From assembly GCF_964204645.1 (NCBI RefSeq), contig NC_134031.1, forward strand, positions 7,750,001-7,814,000: a stretch of 64,000 nt of DNA. Direction: 5' to 3'. Source of the DNA: Tubulanus polymorphus (Eukaryota; Animalia; Nemertea). Position numbers and translations under genes: made by a program. Every line of letters starts with the position of its first letter. Position 1 is the first letter of the stretch. Shown piece after piece: positions 36,111-48,811 of this stretch. The notes beneath the pieces are model-generated. The model was not told the DNA's origin. It ran no database searches and saw only the letters and a list, made by a program, of their open reading frames with translations.

Positions 36111-38289
36111 GTAAATTTCGTTTGATTTTCTGATTGAGTGTCCCTTAGAGACCCACCACGGGTTTGATTTTGAAATCGGAAATCGAAGTACAGATATAGT
36201 TGTGTGACCGGCGGTCGAGTTTACATATTTTTTTGTTTAAATCGAAGTACATGATTGGGAAATTCGGTTCCGGTTCATTCAAACAATCTTCCAACCAGTC
36301 TGAACCGGCAAGCGACTGATTGGGGTGAATTTTTCTGGCTGCCTAATTTAATACATCGAAATTTTGGAAATAGTTATATTACAAGGTTGAAGATCATTTG
36401 TCCATTTTTATATTTTTTTGGTCGGTTTCTGTGTGTAAACAGTCCGATAATCTAGTTTTTTTTCTGGTAGATATTGATATAGAAAGTCCTCTAAGTTGAT
36501 TGTCCCGCGTGTTGACTAGATAGAAAGGAAGCACATTTCAAAACGCAAATTTTCCAGATGAGAGTAGGGTCCTTTGGTATCCGAAGTGTAGTTTATGACA
36601 TCGACGGTGCAGCTCCGATGAGGATGGGTTTCTCCGTCAAGGGGTGCGCGATCGGTACTTCACATCTGGTGCTGAGTTTGCCTAAAAGTAAAAGTTTTTA
36701 CACGGAGAGCAGTTTTGTGTTTCTTATATACAGTGCATGGTTAGGTCTGTGGGTGCGTCGCAATCGAAGGGACAGTACTATGTGCATTGATAGACCGTCA
36801 GTAAGAAAGGCGGCACAGGCACGTGAATATTGAATACATATTTGTACACTAACGTATATACAGTCTTGATCGGGTTTTATTTACAGTCACAATTATGTTT
36901 TTGGTATTTTTCAATGAGACCGACGTCAAGAGGCAACTTTCCAGTCATCATTGCGCGCAGATAGACTGAGCTTGCTATCCTGAAGCCAAAAAAGGAGGCA
37001 GCTTTCCAGCTATCGCGGCAATTAGACCGAGTTACAGTCAAAACATCAGAAACAGTAAACTAATGAACACGTGGTGATATAAAACAAAAGTGGTCAGACA
37101 GTTCTATGCGTATTGATAGACCGTCATCCCGGTTCGATCTAAATCAGAACATACCTCAAGTGTCAAAGTCGGGTATGTAGGTGTATGGCGTTGGGTTTAA
37201 TTAATAGACATCGACTCTGTCGAAAATATTGTGTGTATTTATGTTAGCAAATGGGCCCAAACGAACAAATACAACTTGAACTCATTTGTATTTTGTTCAT
37301 GCTGATGATAATGATTCTTGCCATGGATTTCGAGAATTATATTTTCATTTACTTTTAGATTCTTAATTCGTAGCGCTTAATTAGTACCGGTATCACGTAA
37401 TTGAACAATAACTTCCCGGCATGGCGTTTCGTTGCTATTTGCTAAAGCTTATTCTAGAACGCTTCGCAGCCACGGAAGAAAAAGCCACGGAAGTTAGGAA
37501 TGATCCAAGGTCTGACATCTAAACTTAGGCTTGCGGTTAGTCCTTGCGGTTTCCATCCTGGATATTTATAAAAATAGTTGAATAGTTGAAGTGCCCTCGA
37601 AAATTGGGGGGAAGGTGTACGAAGGAATTATCCGACATCTGGCAATCAAAATAGACCTAAGCTACTAGAATGGTATTTGACAAATGATTAGAACGCCGAA
37701 AACCATATCCTGTACTTTTTATTTTTTTCTCTAAAATTTTTCAGTGGAAACTTTTCTTGAATAAAAATAAAAAAAGGCCGGCCTGATGGAAATATGTCAA
37801 ATTTCATACTTTTTTTGTGGAAAGAATAAAAATGAAATGCTGCCTGCCGGGTCACTTTTCGTCATACAGTTTCCCTTAATAAATGAGAAACAAGGTATAA
37901 TTTGTTTGGCCTCAGACGGGAAAGGGTTAATTGATCTTTCTGAAATGGACGTTGTGATTTGAAAATTCTCGGAGTCATCCCACGTGCCACTGTAGTTCCT
38001 CTTTCTTCCAGAAGGGTGGGCAGCGATCGCTGATTCTGGCTAGCGCTCTGGACATCTCCTTTTCAGGGTAGGTTGCGCTGATGCGATTTAATTTTCTATC
38101 GTCTATTTTTGATGCATTTTAAACTGTTTTTGAGAATTGCAACATATCTTCTACATTGAATGGGGCTGAATCATAGAAAAAATACACCATTAAGTTCAAC
38201 TTGAATTGATTGTTCCTCGTGCAACTGAATCATCAATCCACTAAAAAAAGTAAAATAAAACACGATCACTGTTTCAGTGTTTGCAATGC

Positions 38290-39591
38290 CACAGGCACTT
38301 GAATATGGGCTTTGACCTTGTTGGTGTGTTAAAAATGATAAACTTAATCGTAATCTACGATAAAAACACCAACGGGGTTGCCATCTTAATTATCCATGAT
38401 GCAACTGTTGGCATTCCTTTACTTTCGCACCGCACTATGTTCCACTCTGTCTACGTCCTTCAAACTTATGTCACTGGTGTATTTTTGTATGGGGAATCTT
38501 ATGGTGTAGTCCGTTTTTTAATATCTCTCAACAGAAAATAAAATTCGCTTTTTTATAAAATTTTCTTCCTCCAGTTTTTACGTGCTGCAAATGGTCGCCA
38601 TGTTGGGAATCAGTAAAAGTCGGACTATGGCCTCCGGTCTTACTAACTACCGACAGAGATGCCCAGGATCCCAGTAGCCGCCCGTGTGACTTTCCCATAT
38701 CAAAAAGAAAAACAACCTATTTAAGGAAAATTGTAAATTTATTTTTAGGATTTTATGAACAACGTTACACATTTACAAACATTATTTGTTAGATGTTGAA
38801 TACTTGAAATATTTTTCATACTTTTCTGTATCAATAAAATCAATTGAAATGAATTGATCCTATTACGACTTTTTAACACAACCAAAAAATAATTGCTGAC
38901 GAGATGACCATCACCTGTGAAAAAAAAGCGAATTTTATTTTCTGTTGGAGATATTAAAAAACGGACTTCACCATAAGATTCCTCATACAAAAATACAACA
39001 GTGACATAAGTTTGAAGGACGTAGACAGAGTGGAACATAGTGCGGTGCGAAAGTAAAGGAATGCCCAACTGTTTTACCCGATGCCATGATCCAAAGCGCA
39101 TCCTTTGTCTAACTATACTATACAGAAAGGCTGGAAACGCTCCTATCTCCGTAATGCTTAAATCTACCTGCAAATATAGGGACAGATGACGTCACGGCAA
39201 TCCTGAAGAGGCATCGCAAATTTTCAAAAATCAATTTTGTTGCCAGTCAAAATCTTTAATGGAGCTAAAACAGTGTCAATGTTTCCAAAAAAATCATCTA
39301 CAATTGAAATTATGGGCGCTCCTTATATTTCAGGATTAAAATTGACACTAAGGACGTACTTTGGCAATCATCGGCAGTGTTCGGCTGTCCCGATAATTGC
39401 GGGTAGATTTAAGCATAACGGAGATAGGATCGTTTACAGCCTTTCTGTATAGTATAGTTAAACGACGGGCGCGCCTTGCATCATGGGTAAAATATTATAA
39501 AACATGGCGGATTATCGAAGTAGGAACAACGTATGGCTGGTGAATTATTAAATATTTATCCATTATTAAAGCCCATATTCAAGTGCCGGTG
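38290..39591. mobile_element. Second copy of the P-like TIR element, without the 5.5-kb insert
   Basis: Same CACAGGCACTTGAATATGGGCTTT TIRs; 7-bp TSD GCAATGC (38283-38289, 39592-39598). Confidence 0.9.
38410..39065. mobile_element. MITE with ~140-bp TIRs nested in the P-like element
   Basis: GGCATTCCTTTACTTTCGCACCG arms; 8-bp TSD CAACTGTT; empty site visible at ~19891. Confidence 0.9.
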
Positions 39592-39647
39592 GCAATGCGT
39601 AGCGTAGTTTATTCTTCTTTAAATGAAACGTCACGATTGACTGCAAG

Positions 39648-40385
39648 CACAGGGGTTTGGCGATGGGTTTGGATTTTATTTCGGGGTTGTTGATAATCTC
39701 TCGAGAATGGCGCTTAATATGAACTGCGAATAAATTCAAAATATCACGGAAATATCTTGTGTTTGTATTGTTTATTTATCCGCTTTAAAGTTCCGATAAA
39801 AAATCATTATCACACGGTCGTGACGCTATATATAAAATCACAAGGGATGCAACGCCAATTTTCAGCCAGAAAGTAGGGACATTCACGTGACAGTCTGATG
39901 ATGTCATCACATTTAAAACTTCAACATGAAAAGTTAACATATTCACTGACCGATATCAATTGTCAGATTATGATTCATATGAAGTTAATAGCTTATAAAG
40001 AATAAATTATGATCAAATTTATAATTCATAGACAAAAAATGCATTTGAATGTAAGTTATCTCAAATATTTTTCGTATCATAGTTTCCATCTTAGATGCTT
40101 CAGGTTCACGTCAGTCAAATAAGAAGTGTTAAGTCACGTGGCTGTCCCAACTTTCTGGCTGGCGCGACTTGAAGGCGTTTCATCCCTTGTGATTTTATAT
40201 AGTAAAGCGTTGCGACAATGATGACCAATTGTTTATCGGAACTTTATAGCAGATAAATAAACAATATAAACACAAGGTATTTTCCGTGATATTTTGGATT
40301 TATTCGCAGTTCATATTTAGCGCCATTCTCACGAGATTATCAACTACCCCAAAATAAAATCCAAGCCCATCGCCAAACCCCTGTG
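39648..40385. mobile_element. Foldback-type MITE with ~250-bp inverted arms
   Basis: CACAGGGGTTTGGCGATGGG ... CCCATCGCCAAACCCCTGTG; TSD ACTGCAAG/ACCGCAAG. Confidence 0.85.
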
Positions 40386-43300
40386 ACCGCAAGTCAAACA
40401 AAATAAAGCATTTACTAAAAATTGCATATCAAACATATTCAAAAACTGACAAACAGGTGCTGCCATCTATGGATATCATAAGGCACTAAAATCAAAGTCT
40501 CAAAAACTTTAGAAAAAGGCTCTGAAGGCGAGCTCAAACGCTTAGTACAAAATATAACTACTCGGAAAGAATGGCAAATGTTATAGATAATATATGTGAG
40601 TTGTAAAATGTCTTACCAAAGCATATGACCGTCTAAAACTTCTAAAAAGATGTAGGCCTACGCTAAAATACTAAAAGAAACGATTGATCCAAATTTCCAC
40701 AAAGCCAAACCATCACCACTTCCGCTCACCAGGTGGCGCCACACCACCACCCAGGCCAAACACTAAAACAAGGGAAGTATTTGCCGCAACATACCAGCCC
40801 CCCAAATGGGCAAGGTCCTATGACATCCTTACATAACGGGTCAAATGCTTTGACGCCTCTAAACATACAGCAAATTATGACTTATTTCACTTAACACAAC
40901 CATATAAATGCAACTCAAAACACTAAAAAATCTCCTTAAGGGGGGGTAGAAACCTTGCATCGATTATACTAAACTAGATCACTACATAACTACTAAAATA
41001 CAGTATAGACTACATGTAGGGCCTATAAAGAATTTAAAAAGAAACTGCACTTGATTTAATAGGTAGACCGATTGTCCTAAAACGTAAGTTATTGCAGCAA
41101 CATAGTTAAAATGACAGATTAAATGCTAAGTACGAGTGTACAAAGTCTTACGGCTAGTCTGCTTCTACTAATACACATAGCTTGGCTACAGGTCTACGAA
41201 ATTCACTAACAGCTCGAACATAACCTTTAGAGTCGGGCTCAACACTGACTACCCTACCGAGGGCCCACGAGTTACGCACCCTTGAATCCATAATAAGGAC
41301 AACGTCCCCAACTACGACATTTTGACGCAACCGAGACTATTTTGACCGAACTTGAAGCAGCGCCATATATTCCTCACACGATCTTTTCCAGAACAACGAT
41401 GCCTAGTATTGAACCTGACGCCATCTATGCTTCGCATACCCATCTTCTTTCGTGAAAACGCCAATTGGAAATCGAATTTTGGATTCAGGAGCAGAAGATG
41501 ATTTGGAGTGATGGGTCTTGGATCATTAGGGTTGTTCATGTCCATTTCGTACAGCGGACGATTGTTGAGTATTGACTCCGCTTCACAAAACACTGTGCTA
41601 AGCATTTCGTTGTTCAGGGCTTTTGATTGTCCGCGCAAAAAGTGGAACACAATTTTGCGTACCAATCTGATCATTCGTTCCCAGATGCCGCCGAAATGTG
41701 AGGCTAGCAGAGGGTTAAAGCTCCACTCAAAATGCTTTTCGAGGCAAGACCGTGATATCATCCTTATCCAGACTCTCCAACGCATGCTTCATGTCGGCAC
41801 TGGCGCAAACTAGGTTGGTGCCTTTATCAGACCGCATTTTTTTGATTGCCCCACGCCTAGCTATGAAGCACCTTATATCATTGAAACATGAATCCATATC
41901 TAACGAATTCGCGACTTCCAGGTGAACGGCCCTGCTGGCCATACACGTAAAAACGACGCCATAGCGCTTCGCAACGCTGCGCCCGGCTTTTACATCGAAG
42001 GGGCCGAAGTAATCCACGCCGGTGTTTGAGAACGGTAGTTTGTCAGTCGCTAAACGCTCTTTCGGTAAATCGGCCATCTTTTGGTCGACCTTATCGTCAC
42101 GATATTTCCGGCGATCGACGCACTCGTTATTATCGATTTGATAAAGCCGGGGCAATGAGTAATCCGGAACCTTTGTCCCACGTATCGCAGAATAGAATTC
42201 TTGCCCATGTGCCCTACGGCTCTGTGCGCGTCTTCCGATATGAGCAACGATATGCGAGAGGTTTTTGATAATACAATTTGGTGTTTCTGGTCGAAAGGCC
42301 CTATTGCGCGTTCAAGGCGAACACCGACCCGAATCACATCATCGTTCAGGAATACGTCGAGACCTTGCAGCTGGCTAGCTCGTTTTACCCGTGCATCGGT
42401 TTTCAGCTGCTCGTGCTCGGAGCTGAAGGTCTTCTGTTGCGAATGCTTTACTAGGAGCAACTCTGCCTCCTCTATGACGGATCGATTTAAGAACACGGTT
42501 GTCGCTCCGGCGGGTTTCGTCGGGCCAAGTTTTCTTGGCCGAACAGTAGGAGCCACGCCACACCACGCTTCAGATGCCACCAATCTGAGTAATGTTCAAT
42601 GAGCTTATCAATAGGCTGCGTAATACAAACGACCAAAGTAGCAGCGACGGGTCTTTTTAATTCACGACTGTCGACTAGACTTCGATCCACGACGTCGAGC
42701 GGCCATTCTGATCAGTCTTTGATGAGGAATTCTGGTCCGTTAAACCAGATCTCATCCTTTACTGGGGACATCTCATCCTTTACTGGGGACTTGCTTGGTT
42801 GCAAACCTCTTGAGACGAAGTCTGCTGGCTCTTATGACGTTTACTCGGTTGGTCACGAATGTTTGGTATCTCGCCGTATCATTTGCGATACATCTTAGGA
42901 CACTCATGCTGTCCGTCCAGTAGAAGACTTCGTCGAACTCGATATCTAGTTCTCTGGCTACCATGCTGTGCAAGCGAACTGCAAGAGTCACAGCGATGAG
43001 CTCCATGCGTGGTTATCTTCTTTAGATGCGCAACCCTAGATTTCGAGATTACCAAGCTACACGTGACGTTGCCGGATGGGTCAGCTACTCACAAATAACA
43101 AACAACACCATGCCCCGTTTCACTTGCGTCGGTGAAGTAGTGGAGTTGGTACTTTTGGCGCGTCTGATCGTTGAGGGGCGAGGCATCGTGGAATCGAGAC
43201 TAGTTCTAGAGTGGTAATTCTGTCGGCCTAGGCTTCGAATCGCCTTTGTTGGACTCGGGTGATTGCTTCATCCCATCTGATGCTGTCTCTGTACAACTCT

Positions 43301-45119
43301 TGCAGCAGGATCTTGGCTGGCAGAATATACGGTGACACTAGCCCTAAGGGGTCGTAAACCGAACTAACGACTGACAAAATACCCCGACGAGTGGCAGGTT
43401 TGTTTCGATCCAAGCTAATGTTAAAGGTTAGGCTGTCGTTTTCAACGTCCCAGGTGACACCTAGGGCGCGCTCTGTTGGCAGTCGATTATTGTCCAAGTC
43501 TAAATTGACGCTTGGTGACCATTCTTCGTGTTAGAACGCTTTCATGACGGCGTGACTAACCGCCTTCCATCTGTATACGATGTCTCCCAGGATGCGGATG
43601 GCTTCTTCGTCAGAATTGAGAGACTTCAGGCAGTCATCTACGTAGAACGAACGCTTAATTCCTTCTACAGCTTTGGGTCTTCTTTCGACGTCCCCATTCT
43701 CGGCTGTACGACGCAAGGGCTAGATGTAGCCAATGAGACACCACCGAAAAGGTGCACTTTCATGCGGTAACAGGTGGGCTCAGAATTGAGGTCTCCGTCT
43801 TTCCACCACAGGAACCTAAGATAATCTGTGTCTTCTTTAGGCACTAAGACTTGGACACTAAAACATTGCCTCGATGTCCGCAGTGACCGCTACTCGATTT
43901 TGCCTGAATCTGAGGTGAACACCGACAAAGGCGTTAATCAAATCGGGTCCCTGCATAAGTGCATCATTTAGAGAAACTCCATGGTACTTCGCCGCGCAAT
44001 CGAAAACCACTCTTATCTTGTTCTTCTTTGGGTGATACACCCCGTAGTGCGGTAGGTACCAAACGTCTGTCTCTTTGTTTAATTCGCAATCAGGCACGAT
44101 TTCAGCGTATCCCTTTTCGATAACTGACTGCATGAAAGACGTATAATCTTCTCGGAACTTCGTGTCGGCGTTAAGCCTTCTCTTTAGGCTATTCTAACGA
44201 AGCATGGCCATCGACTTGTAGCATGGCATCTTCGCGTCCTTCAGAGGCAGACGTATCTCATAATGGCCGTTCACTAGCTCGACTTTGCCGCTTATCTTAT
44301 CCATGAAGGCTTTGTCCTCTTGCGACCACTGCTTCTTGTCTTCAATTATTCTTTCCGGAAAGTCGTGATTGAACATTTCTGTCAGGCGACGATCGATTTC
44401 ATGTAGCTGCTGGTTATCCGATATCGAACTCGTGACTATCATGTGAGCCTGATCCATGGACTGACGAGTTCGGCGGTGCACAAAGATATCGAACTTTCCG
44501 GGTCGAGGAACACATACGTGACTATTTCTGCAAGTTCGTCTTTAGCTCGGACTCTGACCGGTATCAGGGCCATTATGCCGTGACCGTCTCCTGTCTGTCA
44601 TGCACTGGTTGCTCCGCTAGCTTTCGCATTCTTGTTTGATGCTGTAAATTGCGCCATTTTTTGCCCGATTTTCCCCAAAAAAATCAATAGTCGAGGGGGT
44701 GAGAAATTTTTTGGAGCTACCCCCTTAACAATTAAGACCTATATCTGGTACCAAAACTGATTTGAGCTCTGATGCCCTCTCAAGTAAAGTTGAAGAGGCC
44801 TATAAATGATATTGAAGTGGATGATACATGTTGGTGTTGTACGGTACGCCTAGTATTAGTTCAACCTAATCTGGATTACGCTATAATTTCATAGGCCAAA
44901 TATTTTCTAATCTAAAGTTCTAGGCAATCAAAATTTATGCATTTTGTCTACAAAATGTACAGCCCTACAAGGGGAGGATCTCTGCATCCTCGGTTCCTGA
45001 GTAGGCCTACTTCTCCGTCACAGCACCACAGATGTTTGAAATTTGGAAGTGGATATTTTGTGGATAACTCGCTCTGATTGGCTTATCCGAACCACGCAGT
45101 GGAGGTTAGAGTTAGATAT

Positions 45120-45192
45120 AGTAGACCAGTATTTAAACCCGGGCCAGCATATTGCAAGCATTGCGCCTGACCACTTGACCACCAAGGCTCAC
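45120..45192 (-). repeat. Degenerate tRNA-derived (SINE-head-like) sequence
   Basis: A-box-like TGGTCAAGTGG and B-box-like GGTTTAAATAC at tRNA spacing; no good cloverleaf. Confidence 0.4.
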
Positions 45193-46034
45193 TGAATTTC
45201 ACCAAATGTTTTATAACTACACCTGACCCTAATCCTAGCCCTAAAATGAACCCTCTTTTAGACTTTAATCCTAACCCTAAAATAATCATTTTATTATCAA
45301 AATCAGTATATCTTATTGAAGTAGACAAAATACCCTTAACACGCTGACGAGATAAATCGTCATGGTGGGTGCACCGCAGTTTGCCATGACGAGTTATATC
45401 GTCATCGATTCAATGTCATTTCATAGCGTTATGAATGACCTGGCAGAGGCGAGAAAACAGCTTACAATTGTCTGGTAGTATGGAGAGACTAAGATATTAT
45501 TTAATGGGGGTAACTCAAGTCTGGTGCACACTTGAAATTTTTTCAAAAGAATCTTCAGAAAGCAATGAATTTTAGCTTCTTTTTCGGCCAATATTTAGAG
45601 AGAATATAACGACTAAAATCATTCTATATCATTTTTACAATAAAACCTTTATTCTTTTAGATTTTTATTTGATTTTTCACACTTTTCACTGGCAATGGGG
45701 ACAAAAAAAAATTGAGAATCTCTTCACCATTGCCAGTGACGAGTTATCTCGTCATGTGGTTTTTTATACTAAAATAGATCAGTGTATTGATTTATCAACG
45801 TACAAATAGTGCTGGCAGCATATAAATTGTATAATGTCAAAAATTAGCGTTGGCAATGGCGACCGGACCTTAAACCACTAGGTGGCAGCGAACGTGTTAA
45901 CTGGATAGGCCCTACATATTTTCCCCAAAATTACTGGTTACTGTAGTGCCTATAAATTCACTTGAAAGAAATCATGAATTTTGCAGAAGAGTTGATGCAG
46001 TAGACTCCACTTATCTTGGATCGTGGAGAGTTTT

Positions 46035-46333
46035 TTAACCTAATAGACTGCAGAATGTCCGTCGACATTCGACTTGTATCTCTGCAGTACATCCGCTGTA
46101 CTATAGCGCCACCTATAGTTTGAGGGTGTCAAAGGTCAAACTTTTACTATACAGCTGCAATAATAGAAAGCCTGTATAATTATCCTCAAAATAACCAATG
46201 GTTGTTATCCATGATTTTCAGTAGTTTTCACACTGCAACTCTACTTAATCTTTATATGCAAATTGGATTTGCTAATTAAGCGTGTGTTATACAGGAATAC
46301 ATATATGAAGTCGCAGCGTCTATAATGGGTTAA
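46035..46333. mobile_element. piggyBac-type MITE (inverted sister copy at 58763-59020)
   Basis: TTAA-CC...GGG-TTAA ends; shared internal sequence between the two copies. Confidence 0.75.
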
Positions 46334-46657
46334 TCATAGAAAAGTGTATATTACACTTGATAGCTCTAGCCTGCTGTTTCCTGCTTTAGTTCAGCAACAA
46401 TTCTATAGGACTATAAGCCATTGAAATCTGAAGTCATTTAATACAATAATGTTGTAGATCATGACCTGTTCGATGACTGTGGTGAATTAACAACATAGTC
46501 ACTGGGTTCACCGTTCTGTGTTCACCAGAGGGGGTTGGAATTGTCAGATTGGCGCGCAATTCAGGCGTGATGTTCCTGGATCCTTAGTTTCTGTTCCCTC
46601 TCAACTATCCCATGTTCTATATCCTGTCTACTGTTTGCACTGGAAATGCAGCAACTG

Positions 46658-46941
46658 TTAACCCTTTCAGTGCTGGCTAATTGATACCCTATAGTGCTGA
46701 AGATAATTTGAAAATTCTGAAAAATTCCACCCTACTGTGTTGAATAACGGGATTACCACTATAGTGCGTCGACACTGCGGCGCGGTATATTGTTAGTTAC
46801 TAGTATTTCACTATGTTTGACAGGTGCTGCCATCTTTCAAAAGAGATAATTAGTAATTACTAATTAAATCAATAATGTACTAGCAAAATCCATCACTGAT
46901 TCGTACACCGCACTGTGGTGTAGACGCACTGAAAAGGTTAA
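46658..46941. mobile_element. piggyBac-type MITE
   Basis: TTAACCCTTTCAGTGC ... GCACTGAAAAGGTTAA. Confidence 0.75.
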
Positions 46942-48229
46942 ATTGGTCTTAAACAAGAAAATTAATTTTAGAAAATTATTTGACGCCTGCGAAAAAAATG
47001 TATAATTTCTGGGCTAAGCTCATGTGGAATTGCAAATTTGAAATCGACGTTTTAAAAAATTTGGGGAATAATGAGATTTGGCGATTGGGTAGATGATACA
47101 GCGGGTCTTCGACTCTAGTAGTGGTTTAAATTTTTTTATTGAAAATTCTCAATAATTGATCGCGAACTTGCGACCGACTTCATTTACTTATGCCTCTAAG
47201 CTGGTCTGCAACTTCATTGCCTCCATGGTTGAAGAACGAGCTCTTCTGATGTCTGCTTCATCATGTCTTCGAGCATATCGTGTGGCCTAGCCAGCCGGCC
47301 CGGGCCACGGGTTTGGCTGTCACTCGATATCCTAGAGTCTTGAGTCTGGGTGGGTTGAAGTAGACATTGTCATTTAAAATAACATGCTTATGTTGTTCTG
47401 TATGAATTACCCGTGTGTCATGTATGTTGCATTAATTTATTTTAAAATTTGTATTTATTGAATTTGGGAATTTTATCCCGAAATTTCAATGTAATAAGGA
47501 TCAATAAAGAATTGAATTGAGTTGTCACCTAATACACATGCCATCAGAGGACGTGGAGCCGTATATGATAGCTATGCTATTATAAATTGCTAATCTCACG
47601 AAACCTGCATACTCCTGATATCAAACATATTTTCTAAAACGTTTGAATATTGAAATTATATGTTTACACATTTTCATATTGACCGCTTGTAGCCGCTGAT
47701 GAAATTCACGCCGGCCCTACACACATCGTAGATAGCTTCGTCATTCCACCGGCATGCCCACGTCAGGGTCTGACTTTTATATCAGACTTCCAAATCGTGT
47801 ATACATCCGCCCTTTAACCGAATAATCCGATTTACTTATCATTTCTATTTATGCCTGCCGCTTCTGATATAATCATACATCCTTTACTATTACAATACGT
47901 CTTCTTATGATATTCATTGCAATATAACATTTTGACGTTCAAATATAGGTCATTATATAATCAAAGGAAGCCATTCTACATCTATGTCAATAATATTTTG
48001 CCAGATAGCTTATTTGTGTACACATAGACCTGTGACGTTTTGCACATCGATTTACGGCTGTCGTTTGTAAAATGACGCTGAATGGTTAACATTGTTTAGG
48101 TTTCATAATGGTAACGTTTTATAAGGCGTCAAAAAATATGTTTAATAATTTTATTTGATTGATTGTAGGATCATCAAGACGAGGTCAGAACTGTGAATCT
48201 GCTTTAAACACTAAAATAGGAACGACAAA

Positions 48230-48811
48230 ATGATGTCTTTTCGACAAGGCGAGGCCAGACCATCCGGTTCAGATGGCAGCGATTTTGCTCATCGTGAGCG
48301 AGTAGCGATGCATTACAAAATCAGCGTGCTCAACAAATCACGATTGAAAAAGATCGGCGCTCTACACGCAAGTTTGTTCGTCCTCGTTCTCGTATCGTGT
48401 CTGGAGAGTCTCATGAAAGCCGTGAACATGAAGCCACCGGCAGCCGTGCTTGACCTACGCTTACCCGCGGCTGAACCGTGGCAGTTTATGTGGCTGATCA
48501 GTATAACATCCACCGTATTTGGACTACTGTCGCTGTCAAAAAATGCATCCGTTCTACTGAAGCAGTGTATCGTCGGTAATGTCGTATTCGGTATAATGCC
48601 CGTCACGTACGCTGTGTTTTATAAGGGATACGAGTTGATGGACTTCGTCAAGGAGCGCAAGGTGAAGGCTTACGTACTCGGTTTCCCGTACGTTGTGCTG
48701 ATGTTTATTTTCTTGACGATCGCGATTCAAATTCACATGTTCGCGATATATTTTTCGATGCAACTGCTCAAATCGTGGAGGTCGACGACGACGAATAAGA
48801 AGAAGAAATGA
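48230..48811 (+). CDS. JAGN1: Protein jagunal homologue (ER membrane protein)
   Basis: GSDGSDFAHRERVAMHY signature, four hydrophobic segments, C-terminal W...KKKK dilysine ER-retrieval motif. Confidence 0.95.
   Translation: MMSFRQGEARPSGSDGSDFAHRERVAMHYKISVLNKSRLKKIGALHASLFVLVLVSCLESLMKAVNMKPPAAVLDLRLPAAEPWQFMWLISITSTVFGLLSLSKNASVLLKQCIVGNVVFGIMPVTYAVFYKGYELMDFVKERKVKAYVLGFPYVVLMFIFLTIAIQIHMFAIYFSMQLLKSWRSTTTNKKKK

Larger units (their letters stand above)
28430..36120 (-). mobile_element. Degenerate endogenous Polinton/Maverick- or adintovirus-like dsDNA virus fragment
   Basis: Sharp shift to extreme AT richness; tightly packed intronless ORFs; A32/FtsK-type ATPase next to an RVE integrase with chromodomain; capsid-sized ORF. 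No PolB, protease or TIRs recognised. Confidence 0.88.
38211..44640 (-). mobile_element. BEL/Pao LTR retrotransposon relic (pol 41150-44640; 3' LTR ~38211-40743 split by two DNA-element insertions)
   Basis: Protease [103 protein letters not shown]; order PR-RT-RH-IN. Confidence 0.92.

Noticed and set aside
28430-36120. Bacterial contaminant, organellar insert or alternative genetic code as explanation for the AT-rich block
   Set aside because: Gene content is Polinton-like, the breaks are mostly frameshifts rather than one recurring stop codon, and the block is joined directly to host Gypsy sequence.
36135-38200. Possible right terminus or replication genes of the virus
   Set aside because: Base composition returns to background, with no PolB motifs or TIR; only an unpaired piggyBac-like end (AAGGGTTAA ~37930).
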